Positions 34,699 through 43,970 of a stretch of DNA of 60,216 nucleotides are shown here, in pieces. Positions within the stretch are counted from its first letter, which is position 1, and each line of letters opens with the position of its first letter. Source of the stretch: Nitrososphaerota archaeon. GTDB lineage: Archaea; Thermoproteota; Nitrososphaeria_A; Caldarchaeales; Caldarchaeaceae. The stretch spans positions 1-60,216 of the forward strand of contig JAWAEB010000001.1 in NCBI GenBank assembly GCA_038891515.1, in the 5' to 3' direction. The notes beneath the pieces are model-generated. The model had not been told where the DNA came from and did not search any database. It saw only the letters and a program-made list of their open reading frames with translations. A program made the position numbers and the translations under genes.

Positions 34699-36672
34699 TT
34701 ATCTCCCCTTGAAGGATGGCTTCCTCTTGGAAAAGAATGCGGAGACACCTTCCATGAAGTCTTCGGTGGAGAGAAGGAGGCTGAATAGGCTTCTCTCCAC
34801 TGCTAGTCCCAAGTCTAGTGGAGCGTATCTGCTGATGTTGATTGCTTGTTTCGCAGCCTTCAGGGCTAATGGAGGTCTCTCAGCCAGTTTCATGGCGGTC
34901 TCCCTCACCCTCTCATAAAAGTTCCCGGCGGGAAAAACCTTGTTGACAAGACCTATCCTATGAGCCTCAGCCGCATCGATCCTCTCGCCAACGAGGATAA
35001 GCTCCTTAGCACTGGCAACCCCTACTATCCGGGGAAGCCTCTGCGTCCCACCAGCCCCCGGAATTAGGCCCAGTAGGATTTCCGGCTGTCCAAACTCACT
35101 CCTGTCGGTCGCCAGCCTTATATCGCATGCAAGGATGAGTTCGCATCCACCGCCAAGTGCATACCCATCGACGGCGGCAATCAAAGGTTTGGAGAGGGAC
35201 TCCATGGTGTTCGTAAGCTCTTGGAATTCTGTGAGCAGCTGGTAGCCCCTTGCTGGCGTGGCAGCCTCGGTGAATGCACTTATGTCGGCTCCGGCTGAGA
35301 AGGCTCTGTCACCAGCTCCCTTCAGTACAATGACACGCACCCCTTCATCCCGCTCCAGCTTTTTTATTGCATCCTTAAGCTCCTCAATCATCTTAGGGGA
35401 GATAGCGTTGAGCCTGTGGGGTCTGTTGAGTGTAAGCCAAGCGAGGGGGGGCTCCCTCTTCAAGACTATCTCACTGTAGATCCCTTCCTCTTTCTCATAT
35501 CTGTGGAAGCCCTCACCGGCCTTTCTCCCAGTCTTGCCCTCGGATACCAGCTTCATGAGGAGGGGGTCGGGCTTGTAGGCTTCTCCACACTTCGCCATGA
35601 GACTCTCCAGCATATGGACGACGTTGTCAAGTCCCCAGTTGTCAGCCATCTCGAGAATGCCGCTGGGGTATCCTAGTCCAAGCTTGACAGCCGTCTCCAC
35701 ATCCTCGATGGATGCTACACCATTCCTCACAATCCAAGCAGCCGAGTTTATGGAGGGGGCGAATAGCCTGACGAGGTCAATCTTCTGACCCGCATCTCTA
35801 GGTATCTCGGGCCTCTCATACTTGTCCCCTCTATATTCGTAGAAGCCACGTCCGCTCTTCTGACCATACATCCCCCTCTCATAGTATTGCTGGAATATGG
35901 GACATACCTCCAAGCCGCCGGGCTCTCTACTTCTTATTGATGTGAAGGCCATGTAGAAGACATCCAGCCCAGAATAGTCAGCCAGCTCGAAGACACCCAT
36001 CGGCAGGCCAACCCTGAACCTCACGGCAGAGTCTATCTCCACCACACTGGCCTCTCCCCTATGGACCATCCAGCACGCCTCATTGAGAAGCGGTGCGAGT
36101 ATTCTGTTGACTATGAAACCTGGGACATCCTTCCTACACACTATCACGTGCTTACCCATTCTCCTCCCTAGCTCGACGGTGGCCTCCACAGTCTCCCTGG
36201 AGGTCTTCTCACCCATCACCACCTCCACCAAGGGCATCAGGGGTGGTGGGTTGAAGAAGTGCATACCCACAACCCTCTCGGGACTGTTGGTGGCCTCAGC
36301 CAACTCGGTTATGGGAAGTGTACTTGTGTTGGTGGCGAGAATAGCTGTGGGCTTGGCCATGCGGGAGACCGTGGTAAATATCTTCTTCTTCAACTCAAGG
36401 TTCTCAGGTACGGCCTCTATCATGAAATCGGCTTGGGAGGCTGCTTCTTCAAGGTTGGTCGAGGTCCTGATCCTGCCCAACGCCCTTTCAGCCTGCTCCC
36501 GGGTTAAACGCTTCTTCTCAACAAACTTGTCTAAACTCCATCTGATCTTCTCAAGTCCTTTGGCGAGATAATCCTCGGTGACATCAACCATCACCACATC
36601 CAACTCGGCTAGGGCGGCCAACTCGGCTATCCCATGCCCCATAACCCCTGCTCCCACAACTAGAACCAGCAT
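34699..36672 (-). CDS. fused 3-hydroxyacyl-CoA dehydrogenase / enoyl-CoA hydratase (crotonase)
   Basis: 657 aa. The N-terminal Rossmann segment is LVVGAGVMGHGIAE with the 3HCDH domain. The C-terminal crotonase part is AAVDGYALGGGCELILACDIRLA. The domain order matches the archaeal crotonyl-CoA hydratase/(S)-3-hydroxybutyryl-CoA dehydrogenase fusions. Confidence 0.85.
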   Translation of the reverse strand: MLVLVVGAGVMGHGIAELAALAELDVVMVDVTEDYLAKGLEKIRWSLDKFVEKKRLTREQAERALGRIRTSTNLEEAASQADFMIEAVPENLELKKKIFTTVSRMAKPTAILATNTSTLPITELAEATNSPERVVGMHFFNPPPLMPLVEVVMGEKTSRETVEATVELGRRMGKHVIVCRKDVPGFIVNRILAPLLNEACWMVHRGEASVVEIDSAVRFRVGLPMGVFELADYSGLDVFYMAFTSIRSREPGGLEVCPIFQQYYERGMYGQKSGRGFYEYRGDKYERPEIPRDAGQKIDLVRLFAPSINSAAWIVRNGVASIEDVETAVKLGLGYPSGILEMADNWGLDNVVHMLESLMAKCGEAYKPDPLLMKLVSEGKTGRKAGEGFHRYEKEEGIYSEIVLKREPPLAWLTLNRPHRLNAISPKMIEELKDAIKKLERDEGVRVIVLKGAGDRAFSAGADISAFTEAATPARGYQLLTEFQELTNTMESLSKPLIAAVDGYALGGGCELILACDIRLATDRSEFGQPEILLGLIPGAGGTQRLPRIVGVASAKELILVGERIDAAEAHRIGLVNKVFPAGNFYERVRETAMKLAERPPLALKAAKQAINISRYAPLDLGLAVERSLFSLLLSTEDFMEGVSAFFSKRKPSFKGR

Positions 36673-36709
36673 CTCGGATGGGCTGGGTGAATGGAGTTAT
36701 TTAACCTAG

Positions 36710-37951
36710 CTATGTGGACACTCTGAAGAACCTAAGGGCCTTCCTAAGGGTGTGGGCGAGCAGCTCAATCTCCTCAGGAGTGTTATATATGTGGAAGCTG
36801 GCCCTCGTAGTGGCCGACAGCCCCAGCTTAGTGTGTATCGGCATGGCGCAGTGATGTCCAGCCCTCACGCATATCCCCTCCCTGTCTAGGAATGTGGCCA
36901 GGTCGTGGGGATGTATATCTGCCAAAGTGAATGAGACAAGTCCACACCTGTCACGGTAGTCGGATGGGCCGTATATCCTAAGCTGCGGTATCTCCGAGAG
37001 AGCGTCGATGGCATGTCTCGTCAACTCCATCTCATGCGCCCTCACCTTATCCATTCCCACCTTATCCAGATAGTCAATGGCGGCCGCAAGTCCTATGGCA
37101 CCGGCTATGTTTGGGGTTCCAGCCTCAAACTTCCACGGTACCTCATTCCAAGTGGAGCCGTCAAGGCTTACCTCCCTAATCATCTCACCACCACCCATGA
37201 AGGGCTCCATCGCCTCAAGGAGATGCCTCTTACCGTAGAGCACACCTATGCCCGTTGGACCCAACATCTTATGCCCGCTAAAAGCCAGAAAATCACAGTC
37301 CAGCTCACGCACATCCACCCTCATGTGTGGGACGGCTTGAGCGCCATCCACCACGGCAATCGCACCCATCTCATGGGCCAGCTTTGTGAGATTCTTAACA
37401 TCATTGATCGTCCCCAAGACATTGGAGGCATATGTGAAGCTGAAGACCCCCAGGCCTTCACCCCTATACTCGTCTAACATTGTGGTGTCAAGATATCCAT
37501 CCCTGTCGAATGGAATGTAGGAGATGGGGAGTCCCTTCATCTTGGAGACAATCTGCCATGGCACGATGTTACTATGGTGCTCCATCTCAGTTAGCAGAAT
37601 CCTCTCCCCCCTATCCATCCTCCCCAGCGTCCAAGCGTAGGCCAATAGATTCAGAGCCTCGGTGGTACCCCTCACAAAGACAATCTCCCTAGGGCTGGCG
37701 TTTATGAATGATGCGACAGCCTTCCTCGCGGCCTCATAGGCCTCCGTGGCTTCCACACTTATGGAGTAGATGCCACGATGTACGTTGGCGTTATACTCCC
37801 TATAGAAGCGCTCCACAGCACCAATAACCTGCGCTGGCTTCTGACTTGTTGCTGCGGAGTCCAAGTAGATGAGCCGCCGTCCCCCTCTGGCTGTGAATAT
37901 GGGGAAATCTGACCTAACCCTTCCCAACCCTGTCAGGAGCTTATTCTCCAT
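36710..37951 (-). CDS. sufS: cysteine desulfurase, SufS/CsdA type (class V aminotransferase)
   Basis: 413 aa. FSGHKMLGPTGIGVLYG (PLP Lys) and RAGHHCAMP (catalytic Cys loop). Confidence 0.8.
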   Translation of the reverse strand: MENKLLTGLGRVRSDFPIFTARGGRRLIYLDSAATSQKPAQVIGAVERFYREYNANVHRGIYSISVEATEAYEAARKAVASFINASPREIVFVRGTTEALNLLAYAWTLGRMDRGERILLTEMEHHSNIVPWQIVSKMKGLPISYIPFDRDGYLDTTMLDEYRGEGLGVFSFTYASNVLGTINDVKNLTKLAHEMGAIAVVDGAQAVPHMRVDVRELDCDFLAFSGHKMLGPTGIGVLYGKRHLLEAMEPFMGGGEMIREVSLDGSTWNEVPWKFEAGTPNIAGAIGLAAAIDYLDKVGMDKVRAHEMELTRHAIDALSEIPQLRIYGPSDYRDRCGLVSFTLADIHPHDLATFLDREGICVRAGHHCAMPIHTKLGLSATTRASFHIYNTPEEIELLAHTLRKALRFFRVST

Positions 37952-38024
37952 GTCACAGTAACATGTTTGTGATATATATTAAGTTGGGTGGGTATAACAG
38001 TTTAGGAGACGGCTAAAGGACGGC

Positions 38025-39854
38025 TCAGCCCGAATAGACGGGTCTCTTGGAGAGCTCCACAGGTATCTTGAGGGGCCTGAATGGGTAGCCTCTCGTCTCC
38101 GACGCTATCTTGCCTGAGAGGCCCCTTAAGGTCATCCTCGACCGCCCACCAGTCTTTCTCACACGTACATTGAGCCTGCCAGTCCTCACTTCCCTCCCAC
38201 CCACAACCACGATGTAGGGTATCCACGCCACCTCAGCCTCGTAAACCTTCTTGGAGAGGCTTTCATTCCTATCATCAAGGTCGGCCCTAACCCTCATCGC
38301 TGTCAATCTCTCCACCACCCGCCTAGCGTGCTTCAAGTATTTCTCGCTGACGGGGATGACCCTCACCTGAGTGGGGCTGAGCCATGTGGGAAGCATGGGT
38401 GGCCTGCACCTCAGCGCAGTGTCCAGCACAGTGTATAGATACCTCTCAATCGTCCCTATTAGGGCGGTGTGGAGTATGACGGGGTAGGCCTTCCGCCCCT
38501 CCCTGTCGGTGTAGGATATGCCGAACCGCTCAGCATTTCCAGTATCAATCTGGACAGTTCCAATCTCCCTCGGCCTACCTATTTTGTCTATGATGTGATA
38601 CTCGATATTCAAGACCCAATAGTAGTTGCTTCCCTCGGGATAGAATGAGAGGAGGACAGGCTTCTTCTCCCTAGCCACCAGCTCCCTGAAGAACTCTGGG
38701 TTGGACTCGTAGAACTCCCTGGAGGTGAGGTTATAGAGTGAGACATAGTCTCTGCCCATCTTCTCAATCTCCGCATATATCTTATCATGTACCTTCTTGA
38801 AGACCGTCATGGCCTCCTCCAAGTCCCTGCAGAATATGTGCAGGTCGGGCATAGCCATCTTCCTAACCCTAAAACCCAGAACCAGCTCTCCAGATTGCTC
38901 CAGCCTATAGCTGTCAGCTATCTCGAAGGCTCCGAAGGGCAAGTGTTTATAGCTAATCACCCAATCCTTTGCCAAGGCGAACTGCTGGAAACAAGCCGCA
39001 TACCTCATTACATATGCCCTCCCATCCACATCAACCCTGTACATCCTCTGGCCGAATAGGCCTGCATGCTCCCTGATGGGTTTGCTCTCAAGGCTGAAGA
39101 GGTTTGTCCCCCTCACACGGTAGACAGGTATCCCCAGCTCCTGCACTACCTGGTCAGCGTAGTCGGCTATCAGGTCGAAGATTATCGACCCCTCAGGACC
39201 ATATCTCATATGTCCTTGGTCCGACATCTCCTCCCAATCCACACCTAGCCTCTTGAGAACCTTGATGTATTCGGGCTGGCCCGCCGGCGCTTTCTCCCTG
39301 CCCAAGGCCTCCTTCTCCAAGAGTATCCTAAACTCCTCTGGTAGATTGGCTGTGGATGCTTCGTCGGGACGTATATGCTGTCCGGCCGGGGTCAGGATTA
39401 GGTATGTCTTGGAGGGGGGCTTGACTTCGGCCTTGGCTACTTCAGCCTTGGAGAAGACCCTAGACCTCTCGGCCAGCGGGTGTCCCTTCACACTTATAGA
39501 GAGGGCCTTGTTCCAGCCGAAGGGCGCCTGTACAACCTCCAAGCCGAGCTGTGACGCCATTTCGCTCATCAGCCTGACCATCTCCAGTGCATGCTCAGGA
39601 CTGGCCAACTCATGGGCCAGATGGGCGAAGGGGTAGATCACTACCCTGCCCACCTTCAGCCTACCCATATATTCATACGCGTCCTCCATAGCCATCTTCG
39701 CCACCGACTCATCGTCGTCAGGCTCCACTGAGACAAACATGACTAGGGCGTCATCAACCCTCCTAGGAGATGTGTCCGAGTCCTCGGCCTGAGGTATCTC
39801 CTTCCTGATGGGCTGGTACTCTATGTAGTTGACATGCATCTCCAAAATTCTCAA
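38025..39854 (-). CDS. thrS: threonine--tRNA ligase, archaeal type with N-terminal editing domain
   Basis: 609 aa, TTG start. MRILEMHVNYIEYQP...VIYPFAHLAHELASP is the archaeal ThrRS editing domain. A class II core and a C-terminal anticodon-binding domain (VVVGGREVRTGRLNVR) follow. Confidence 0.9.
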   Translation of the reverse strand: MRILEMHVNYIEYQPIRKEIPQAEDSDTSPRRVDDALVMFVSVEPDDDESVAKMAMEDAYEYMGRLKVGRVVIYPFAHLAHELASPEHALEMVRLMSEMASQLGLEVVQAPFGWNKALSISVKGHPLAERSRVFSKAEVAKAEVKPPSKTYLILTPAGQHIRPDEASTANLPEEFRILLEKEALGREKAPAGQPEYIKVLKRLGVDWEEMSDQGHMRYGPEGSIIFDLIADYADQVVQELGIPVYRVRGTNLFSLESKPIREHAGLFGQRMYRVDVDGRAYVMRYAACFQQFALAKDWVISYKHLPFGAFEIADSYRLEQSGELVLGFRVRKMAMPDLHIFCRDLEEAMTVFKKVHDKIYAEIEKMGRDYVSLYNLTSREFYESNPEFFRELVAREKKPVLLSFYPEGSNYYWVLNIEYHIIDKIGRPREIGTVQIDTGNAERFGISYTDREGRKAYPVILHTALIGTIERYLYTVLDTALRCRPPMLPTWLSPTQVRVIPVSEKYLKHARRVVERLTAMRVRADLDDRNESLSKKVYEAEVAWIPYIVVVGGREVRTGRLNVRVRKTGGRSRMTLRGLSGKIASETRGYPFRPLKIPVELSKRPVYSG

Positions 39855-39895
39855 TTCGCCATCAACAGACTATCCACACGTATTTAACATGAACG

Positions 39896-40105
39896 CTATG
39901 GACCGTACCTAGCTCTCTCAAAGTCCCTATCCTTCCTGCTCAGTCTCTTATACTCCCGGTAATGCACCCTACATAGGTAGGACCTCCTCTTAGCCTCGTC
40001 CAAGAGCGTTAGATACTTCTTGACGGCTCCTGTCGAGATAGAGATGGAGGCTTGACCACCGCAGTTAAGCACGCTGCAGGCTACACCTTTAGAAACCCGG
40101 CCCAT
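39896..40105 (-). CDS. small Cys-rich hypothetical protein
   Basis: MGRVSKGVACSVLNCGG...YLCRVHYREYKRLSRKDRDFERARYGP (69 aa from ATG 40105). Possible C-x4-C...C-x2-H zinc site. The track ORF extends to 40165. Confidence 0.35.
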   Translation of the reverse strand: MGRVSKGVACSVLNCGGQASISISTGAVKKYLTLLDEAKRRSYLCRVHYREYKRLSRKDRDFERARYGP

Positions 40106-40430
40106 CGGAACTCCACAGAACTTGCTGACTTTTGAGTGTGAAGTGGATGAACGGCATCCTCCCATTCATCCTGAGCCCTAGATAGAGCCTGGGCAGGTAT
40201 TCCTGAAGCTGCTGACGGTCTGGAAACCCCTCCTCCCTATAATGGGACAGCGCCTCCAGGACACTCATGCACATGAGCACCAACATCTCGGCCTCCACGT
40301 TTCTCCGCCTATCAGTTACCTTGGGCCTATCAGCATAGACATGTCAGTCAGGCCTGACAGTAGCGGTCTTCTCGCCGGCCAGTATCTTGTCCAACATCTC
40401 AGCAGCTTTAAACGTAGGGACCCCACGCAT
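40089..40430 (-). pseudogene. ASCH-domain protein interrupted by a single in-frame TGA
   Basis: ATG 40430 gives MRGVPTFKAAEMLDKILAGEKTATVRPD, then TGA (40346-40344). The same frame continues HVYADRPKV...VEAEMLVLMCMSVLEALSHYREEGFPDRQQLQEYLPRLY...MPFIHFTL. ILAGEKTATVR and the EGF...L..Y...I.F layout are ASCH-like. Confidence 0.5.
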
Positions 40431-40449
40431 CTCCCCACCAGCAAAAGGC

Positions 40450-40460
40450 TTTAACTTAAA
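40450..40460. promoter_or_regulatory. single near-palindromic A/T box shared by divergent genes
   Basis: tttaacttaaa is centred at 40455, which is 25 nt from the minus-strand ATG 40430 and 26 nt from the plus-strand ATG 40481. Confidence 0.35.
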
Positions 40461-40480
40461 CCCTGCCACTTACACTTGGT

Positions 40481-41125
40481 ATGGTGTCCGCCGCCGACCT
40501 ATTGGATGGTGAGCTGGAGGGTGGGGCAGTCTACCTGCTATATGGGGCCGCCGGTGTGGGCAAGACTACACTCGCCATGACCGCGGCAGCCAAGACCGTG
40601 GCTAGAGGTAGGAAGGTGGTATGGGTTGACTGCGGCGGCAGACTATATCTCGGGAGGCTTCATCAGATACTTGGTCTTGCCGGAGCAGACCTGGGCTGGG
40701 TATATATCTCATCACCACAGACATTTGGGGAGCAGTCTGATGCTATACTCAGGGTGGCCGACCTCCTCCCATCCAAGACTGGGCTAGTGGTGGTGGATGA
40801 CTTTACATACCTGCACCGTCTAGCCCTATCCGGCGACGTTTCCGCGGACTTGCACACCTACGAGACTCTTGCCTTCCAAGCCGCTCTTTTGAAAGAGTTA
40901 TCCTTGGAACGTGGCATACCGACGCTTCTGGTGGGACATGTACACGAGATACCTGAGCAGGGCATCTCGGCTCCCGTAGCCTCCCGAATTGTGACATTCT
41001 GGGCTGACGCAGTGGTTAGGGTTGACTACGAGGCTGGAGTTAGGCGTGTTGTAGAGGAGAAGCCCAGCACATACACCGCATCATTTAGAATCACCACGGA
41101 GGGCGCGTTGTCTATCCGCTCTTAG
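40481..41125 (+). CDS. RecA-superfamily ATPase (RadB / RadA-paralogue-like)
   Basis: 214 aa. Walker A is LYGAAGVGKTTLA; Walker B is GLVVVDDFTYL. Size and layout match RadB/aRadC-type paralogues. Confidence 0.55.
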   Translation: MVSAADLLDGELEGGAVYLLYGAAGVGKTTLAMTAAAKTVARGRKVVWVDCGGRLYLGRLHQILGLAGADLGWVYISSPQTFGEQSDAILRVADLLPSKTGLVVVDDFTYLHRLALSGDVSADLHTYETLAFQAALLKELSLERGIPTLLVGHVHEIPEQGISAPVASRIVTFWADAVVRVDYEAGVRRVVEEKPSTYTASFRITTEGALSIRS

Positions 41126-41516
41126 CCATGAACCCACTAATTATCCCTAGAGCTGAGAATATTATAAGAAGTGTGCTGAAGACGAACATCACCCTAGCAC
41201 TCCTCACACTTGTCCTTCTCTGGATTGCCAATCCGTAGAGGAGGAGGCCGAGGAATGCGAGGAAGTAGTAGGTGCCGGTTACGAATAGCTCTGCATAGGT
41301 CTGCGTCCGCATATCTGGGTAGAAGACCCTAATCACACCGCCCACCACAGCCACGCCTATGGAGACGCCGGATGAGAGAGCGTAAACCACGCCGCTCCCA
41401 ACCACGACAGTCAACAGTGCTAGGAGTATGTAGAGAGCTGTCTGGACCTGCTTTGAGCCCGCAATCTGGGAGAGCTTGTCCAGCCATCTGTCAAGGAGAC
41501 CTATTAATGATGACAT
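41112..41516 (-). CDS. hypothetical membrane protein (about 4 TM)
   Basis: 134 aa, hydrophobic helices. No family recognised. Confidence 0.45.
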   Translation of the reverse strand: MSSLIGLLDRWLDKLSQIAGSKQVQTALYILLALLTVVVGSGVVYALSSGVSIGVAVVGGVIRVFYPDMRTQTYAELFVTGTYYFLAFLGLLLYGLAIQRRTSVRSARVMFVFSTLLIIFSALGIISGFMAKSG

Positions 41517-41540
41517 CCCAGTCCCGAGTGCGATGTTTCA

Positions 41541-41550
41541 ATATTTAAAT
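41541..41550 (-). promoter_or_regulatory. candidate TATA box for the 41516 membrane-protein gene
   Basis: atatttaaat is centred about 29 nt upstream of ATG 41516 (minus). Confidence 0.35.
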
Positions 41551-41570
41551 GAGACTAGTCGGCTAGGAGT

Positions 41571-41720
41571 ACTGTCAAGTTAGGGTTGTGTATGTTTATC
41601 TTTTAACTGGTTTTGTTAGGAGGTCTGTTCTTTTACAGATTTATCCCTTTATAAACCATTCTAGAGTAAAGGTAATACCATCATATCAGAAGAAAATATG
41701 TCAGACCTTAACTTGACAGT
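41571..41720. repeat. 150-bp segment bounded by 16-nt inverted repeats (15/16 match)
   Basis: actgtcaagttagggt (41571-41586) pairs with accttaacttgacagt (41705-41720), whose reverse complement is actgtcaagttaaggt. The interior is AT-rich with ctttataaac. No ORF. Confidence 0.6.
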
Positions 41721-41777
41721 CTAGCTAGATTAGGGCACATGCTTAAATAACCACAATCCCACCGAGAAACCGCCAGC

Positions 41778-43886
41778 ATGAAGCACACCCCCATCAGCGT
41801 CCTGCGAAGGTTTGACAGGACGTTGGGAAACAGGTCTCAGCTTTTCGAATTGGCTCTCCTACTCCTCATTATGGGGATAGCCTTCATTATTAGGGTGCTG
41901 CCGATGCGTTGGGGTGTCACTCTCTCTGAGTTCGACCCGTGGATACAGTACAAGGAGGCAACATATATCATAGAGAGGGGATGGTCTGGGTTCGCTGAGT
42001 TCTTCCACTGGCATGATACGGAGTCATGGTATCCTTGGGGCAGGGACATGGGTCGGACAGCTTTTCCAGGCATACCATTCGCCATGGCCTTCATATATCT
42101 TATCCTAGCTGGGATTGGATTCAGATCTGACCCGCTGGAGCTGGCGTCCATACTCCCAGTCGTATACTCCCTCGCATCTGTCGTGCTCATGTATTTTCTC
42201 GGCAGGCAGTTGGGCGGATCGTCAACCGGGTTAGCGGCGGCACTATTCATAGCCCTAAGCAACTCTAACATAAGCCGTAACCATCTAGGATGGTTCGATG
42301 ATGAGAGCCTAAGCATACCGTTGATGCTTCTGGGGTTCACAGCCTATCTCACAGCCCTGAGTGAGAAGAGGACAACCGTAGGTGTGATAGCCTATTCCAT
42401 CCTAGCTGGAGCAGCACTCGGCGCCATGTCCGCAAGCTGGGGCGCTCACAAATTCCCCCTAGCCCTCATACCATTCTTCGCAGTAATGGCAGCACTCCTG
42501 GGAAAGTACAGCCCGAGACTCCTAATAGCAACTGCCACCACCTTCTCGCTCTACACGCTGATAGCTACCTCTGTGCCCAAGCTGGGGATGACGTACATCT
42601 TTGAAGCCACAATCTTCTCAGGCTTCATAGGACTGGGAATACTGGCAGTATTTGAGGCGGCTTCAAGGTTTGTGACCGCGGAGAGGAGACGGATATTTAT
42701 CGCAACTATTTTGGCTGGCATCGTTATAGCAGCTGTGGCTGCCATAACACTGGGAGTCTTGGGCGTTCCAGGACTAAAATTCATCTCAGTTGTCCTGCCC
42801 CAGCTGAGGGATGTGCTACCCATAGTGGTTTCCGTGGCTGAGAATCAGGTGCCAACATGGTCCATAATGTTCTCAGACCTGGGGATTTTCCTACTAATGG
42901 TCCCCTTCGGAATATACGTTCTCCTGAGGAGAGGTGGGCTGGCCAGCCTCTTCATAGTTGTTTACACGATTCTGAGCATATACTTTGCATCGTCTATGGT
43001 GAGGCTGTCACTCGTCGCAGCACCTGCCGTAGCGATAACGGCTGGACATACATTCTCAACAGTCTTCAGCCAGGTGGGTAGGATGTTCTCAGCCGCAAGG
43101 ATGCCTAAGAGGAGGGGGGCTGGGCTTCCGCTGGGCTACTCACTCATAACACCCCTGATAATACTTCTCCTAGTTGGATACTCTCTCCTGCCCGCGGCGT
43201 ATGGTGGCCTAAACATGCGAGGTGGACTCTCTATATCGCCGGTTGACCAGGGATACCAGCCAGTGACGCTACTCACCAGTAGTTTCCCCACACGGTCTAT
43301 CGTGCCCGACTGGATGCGTGCCCTGCAATGGATGAAGACCAACCTGCCCGACAACGCTGTGGTGATGTCATGGTGGGATTATGGATATTGGATAACCGTT
43401 GTGGGTGAGCATAAAACACTGGTGGATAACGGCACTCTCAACAGCACCCAGATAGGTGAGGTAGCGTACGCATTCATGTCCCCGCCCACCACAGCTTTGG
43501 AGGTTCTCCGGAGACATGACGTAACCCATGTGGTTATATTCGTTACGCATCAGTTTGTCCAGCAGGGCGGTCAGACATTCGGAAGGCTCCTCGGCTTCGG
43601 TGATGAGGGGAAGTGGATCTGGATGTTACGTATAGCCAATCAGGTGGGATACAAGTTCGTCGAGTCAGACTACTTAGACAGAAACTTTGTACCCACCCAG
43701 AGGTTCTGGGATATGACGTTGATGGGGCAGCTGATACCCTACAAGCCACGCCAGACACAGTTCGGGCTGGGGCACTTCTACGAGCCGCCCCAGCTGGAGA
43801 ATTATAGGCTGGTATATGCCTCCAGCGACCCATACACATCACTGGCCTATGTCTACATATACGAGGTAGTATATCCCGAAATTTAG
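41778..43886 (+). CDS. aglB: dolichyl-phosphooligosaccharide-protein glycotransferase AglB (STT3 family)
   Basis: 702 aa, multi-TM N-terminal domain. The WWDYGYWI (WWDYG) motif lies in the C-terminal soluble domain. Confidence 0.9.
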   Translation: MKHTPISVLRRFDRTLGNRSQLFELALLLLIMGIAFIIRVLPMRWGVTLSEFDPWIQYKEATYIIERGWSGFAEFFHWHDTESWYPWGRDMGRTAFPGIPFAMAFIYLILAGIGFRSDPLELASILPVVYSLASVVLMYFLGRQLGGSSTGLAAALFIALSNSNISRNHLGWFDDESLSIPLMLLGFTAYLTALSEKRTTVGVIAYSILAGAALGAMSASWGAHKFPLALIPFFAVMAALLGKYSPRLLIATATTFSLYTLIATSVPKLGMTYIFEATIFSGFIGLGILAVFEAASRFVTAERRRIFIATILAGIVIAAVAAITLGVLGVPGLKFISVVLPQLRDVLPIVVSVAENQVPTWSIMFSDLGIFLLMVPFGIYVLLRRGGLASLFIVVYTILSIYFASSMVRLSLVAAPAVAITAGHTFSTVFSQVGRMFSAARMPKRRGAGLPLGYSLITPLIILLLVGYSLLPAAYGGLNMRGGLSISPVDQGYQPVTLLTSSFPTRSIVPDWMRALQWMKTNLPDNAVVMSWWDYGYWITVVGEHKTLVDNGTLNSTQIGEVAYAFMSPPTTALEVLRRHDVTHVVIFVTHQFVQQGGQTFGRLLGFGDEGKWIWMLRIANQVGYKFVESDYLDRNFVPTQRFWDMTLMGQLIPYKPRQTQFGLGHFYEPPQLENYRLVYASSDPYTSLAYVYIYEVVYPEI

Positions 43887-43970
43887 TTGACAGGAATATG
43901 TGGGTAGGTTCTGTAGATGCTGGCTTATAGTTGCTGCCCGTGGTCTCATATTTCTCTTCAGTAATTGTTC

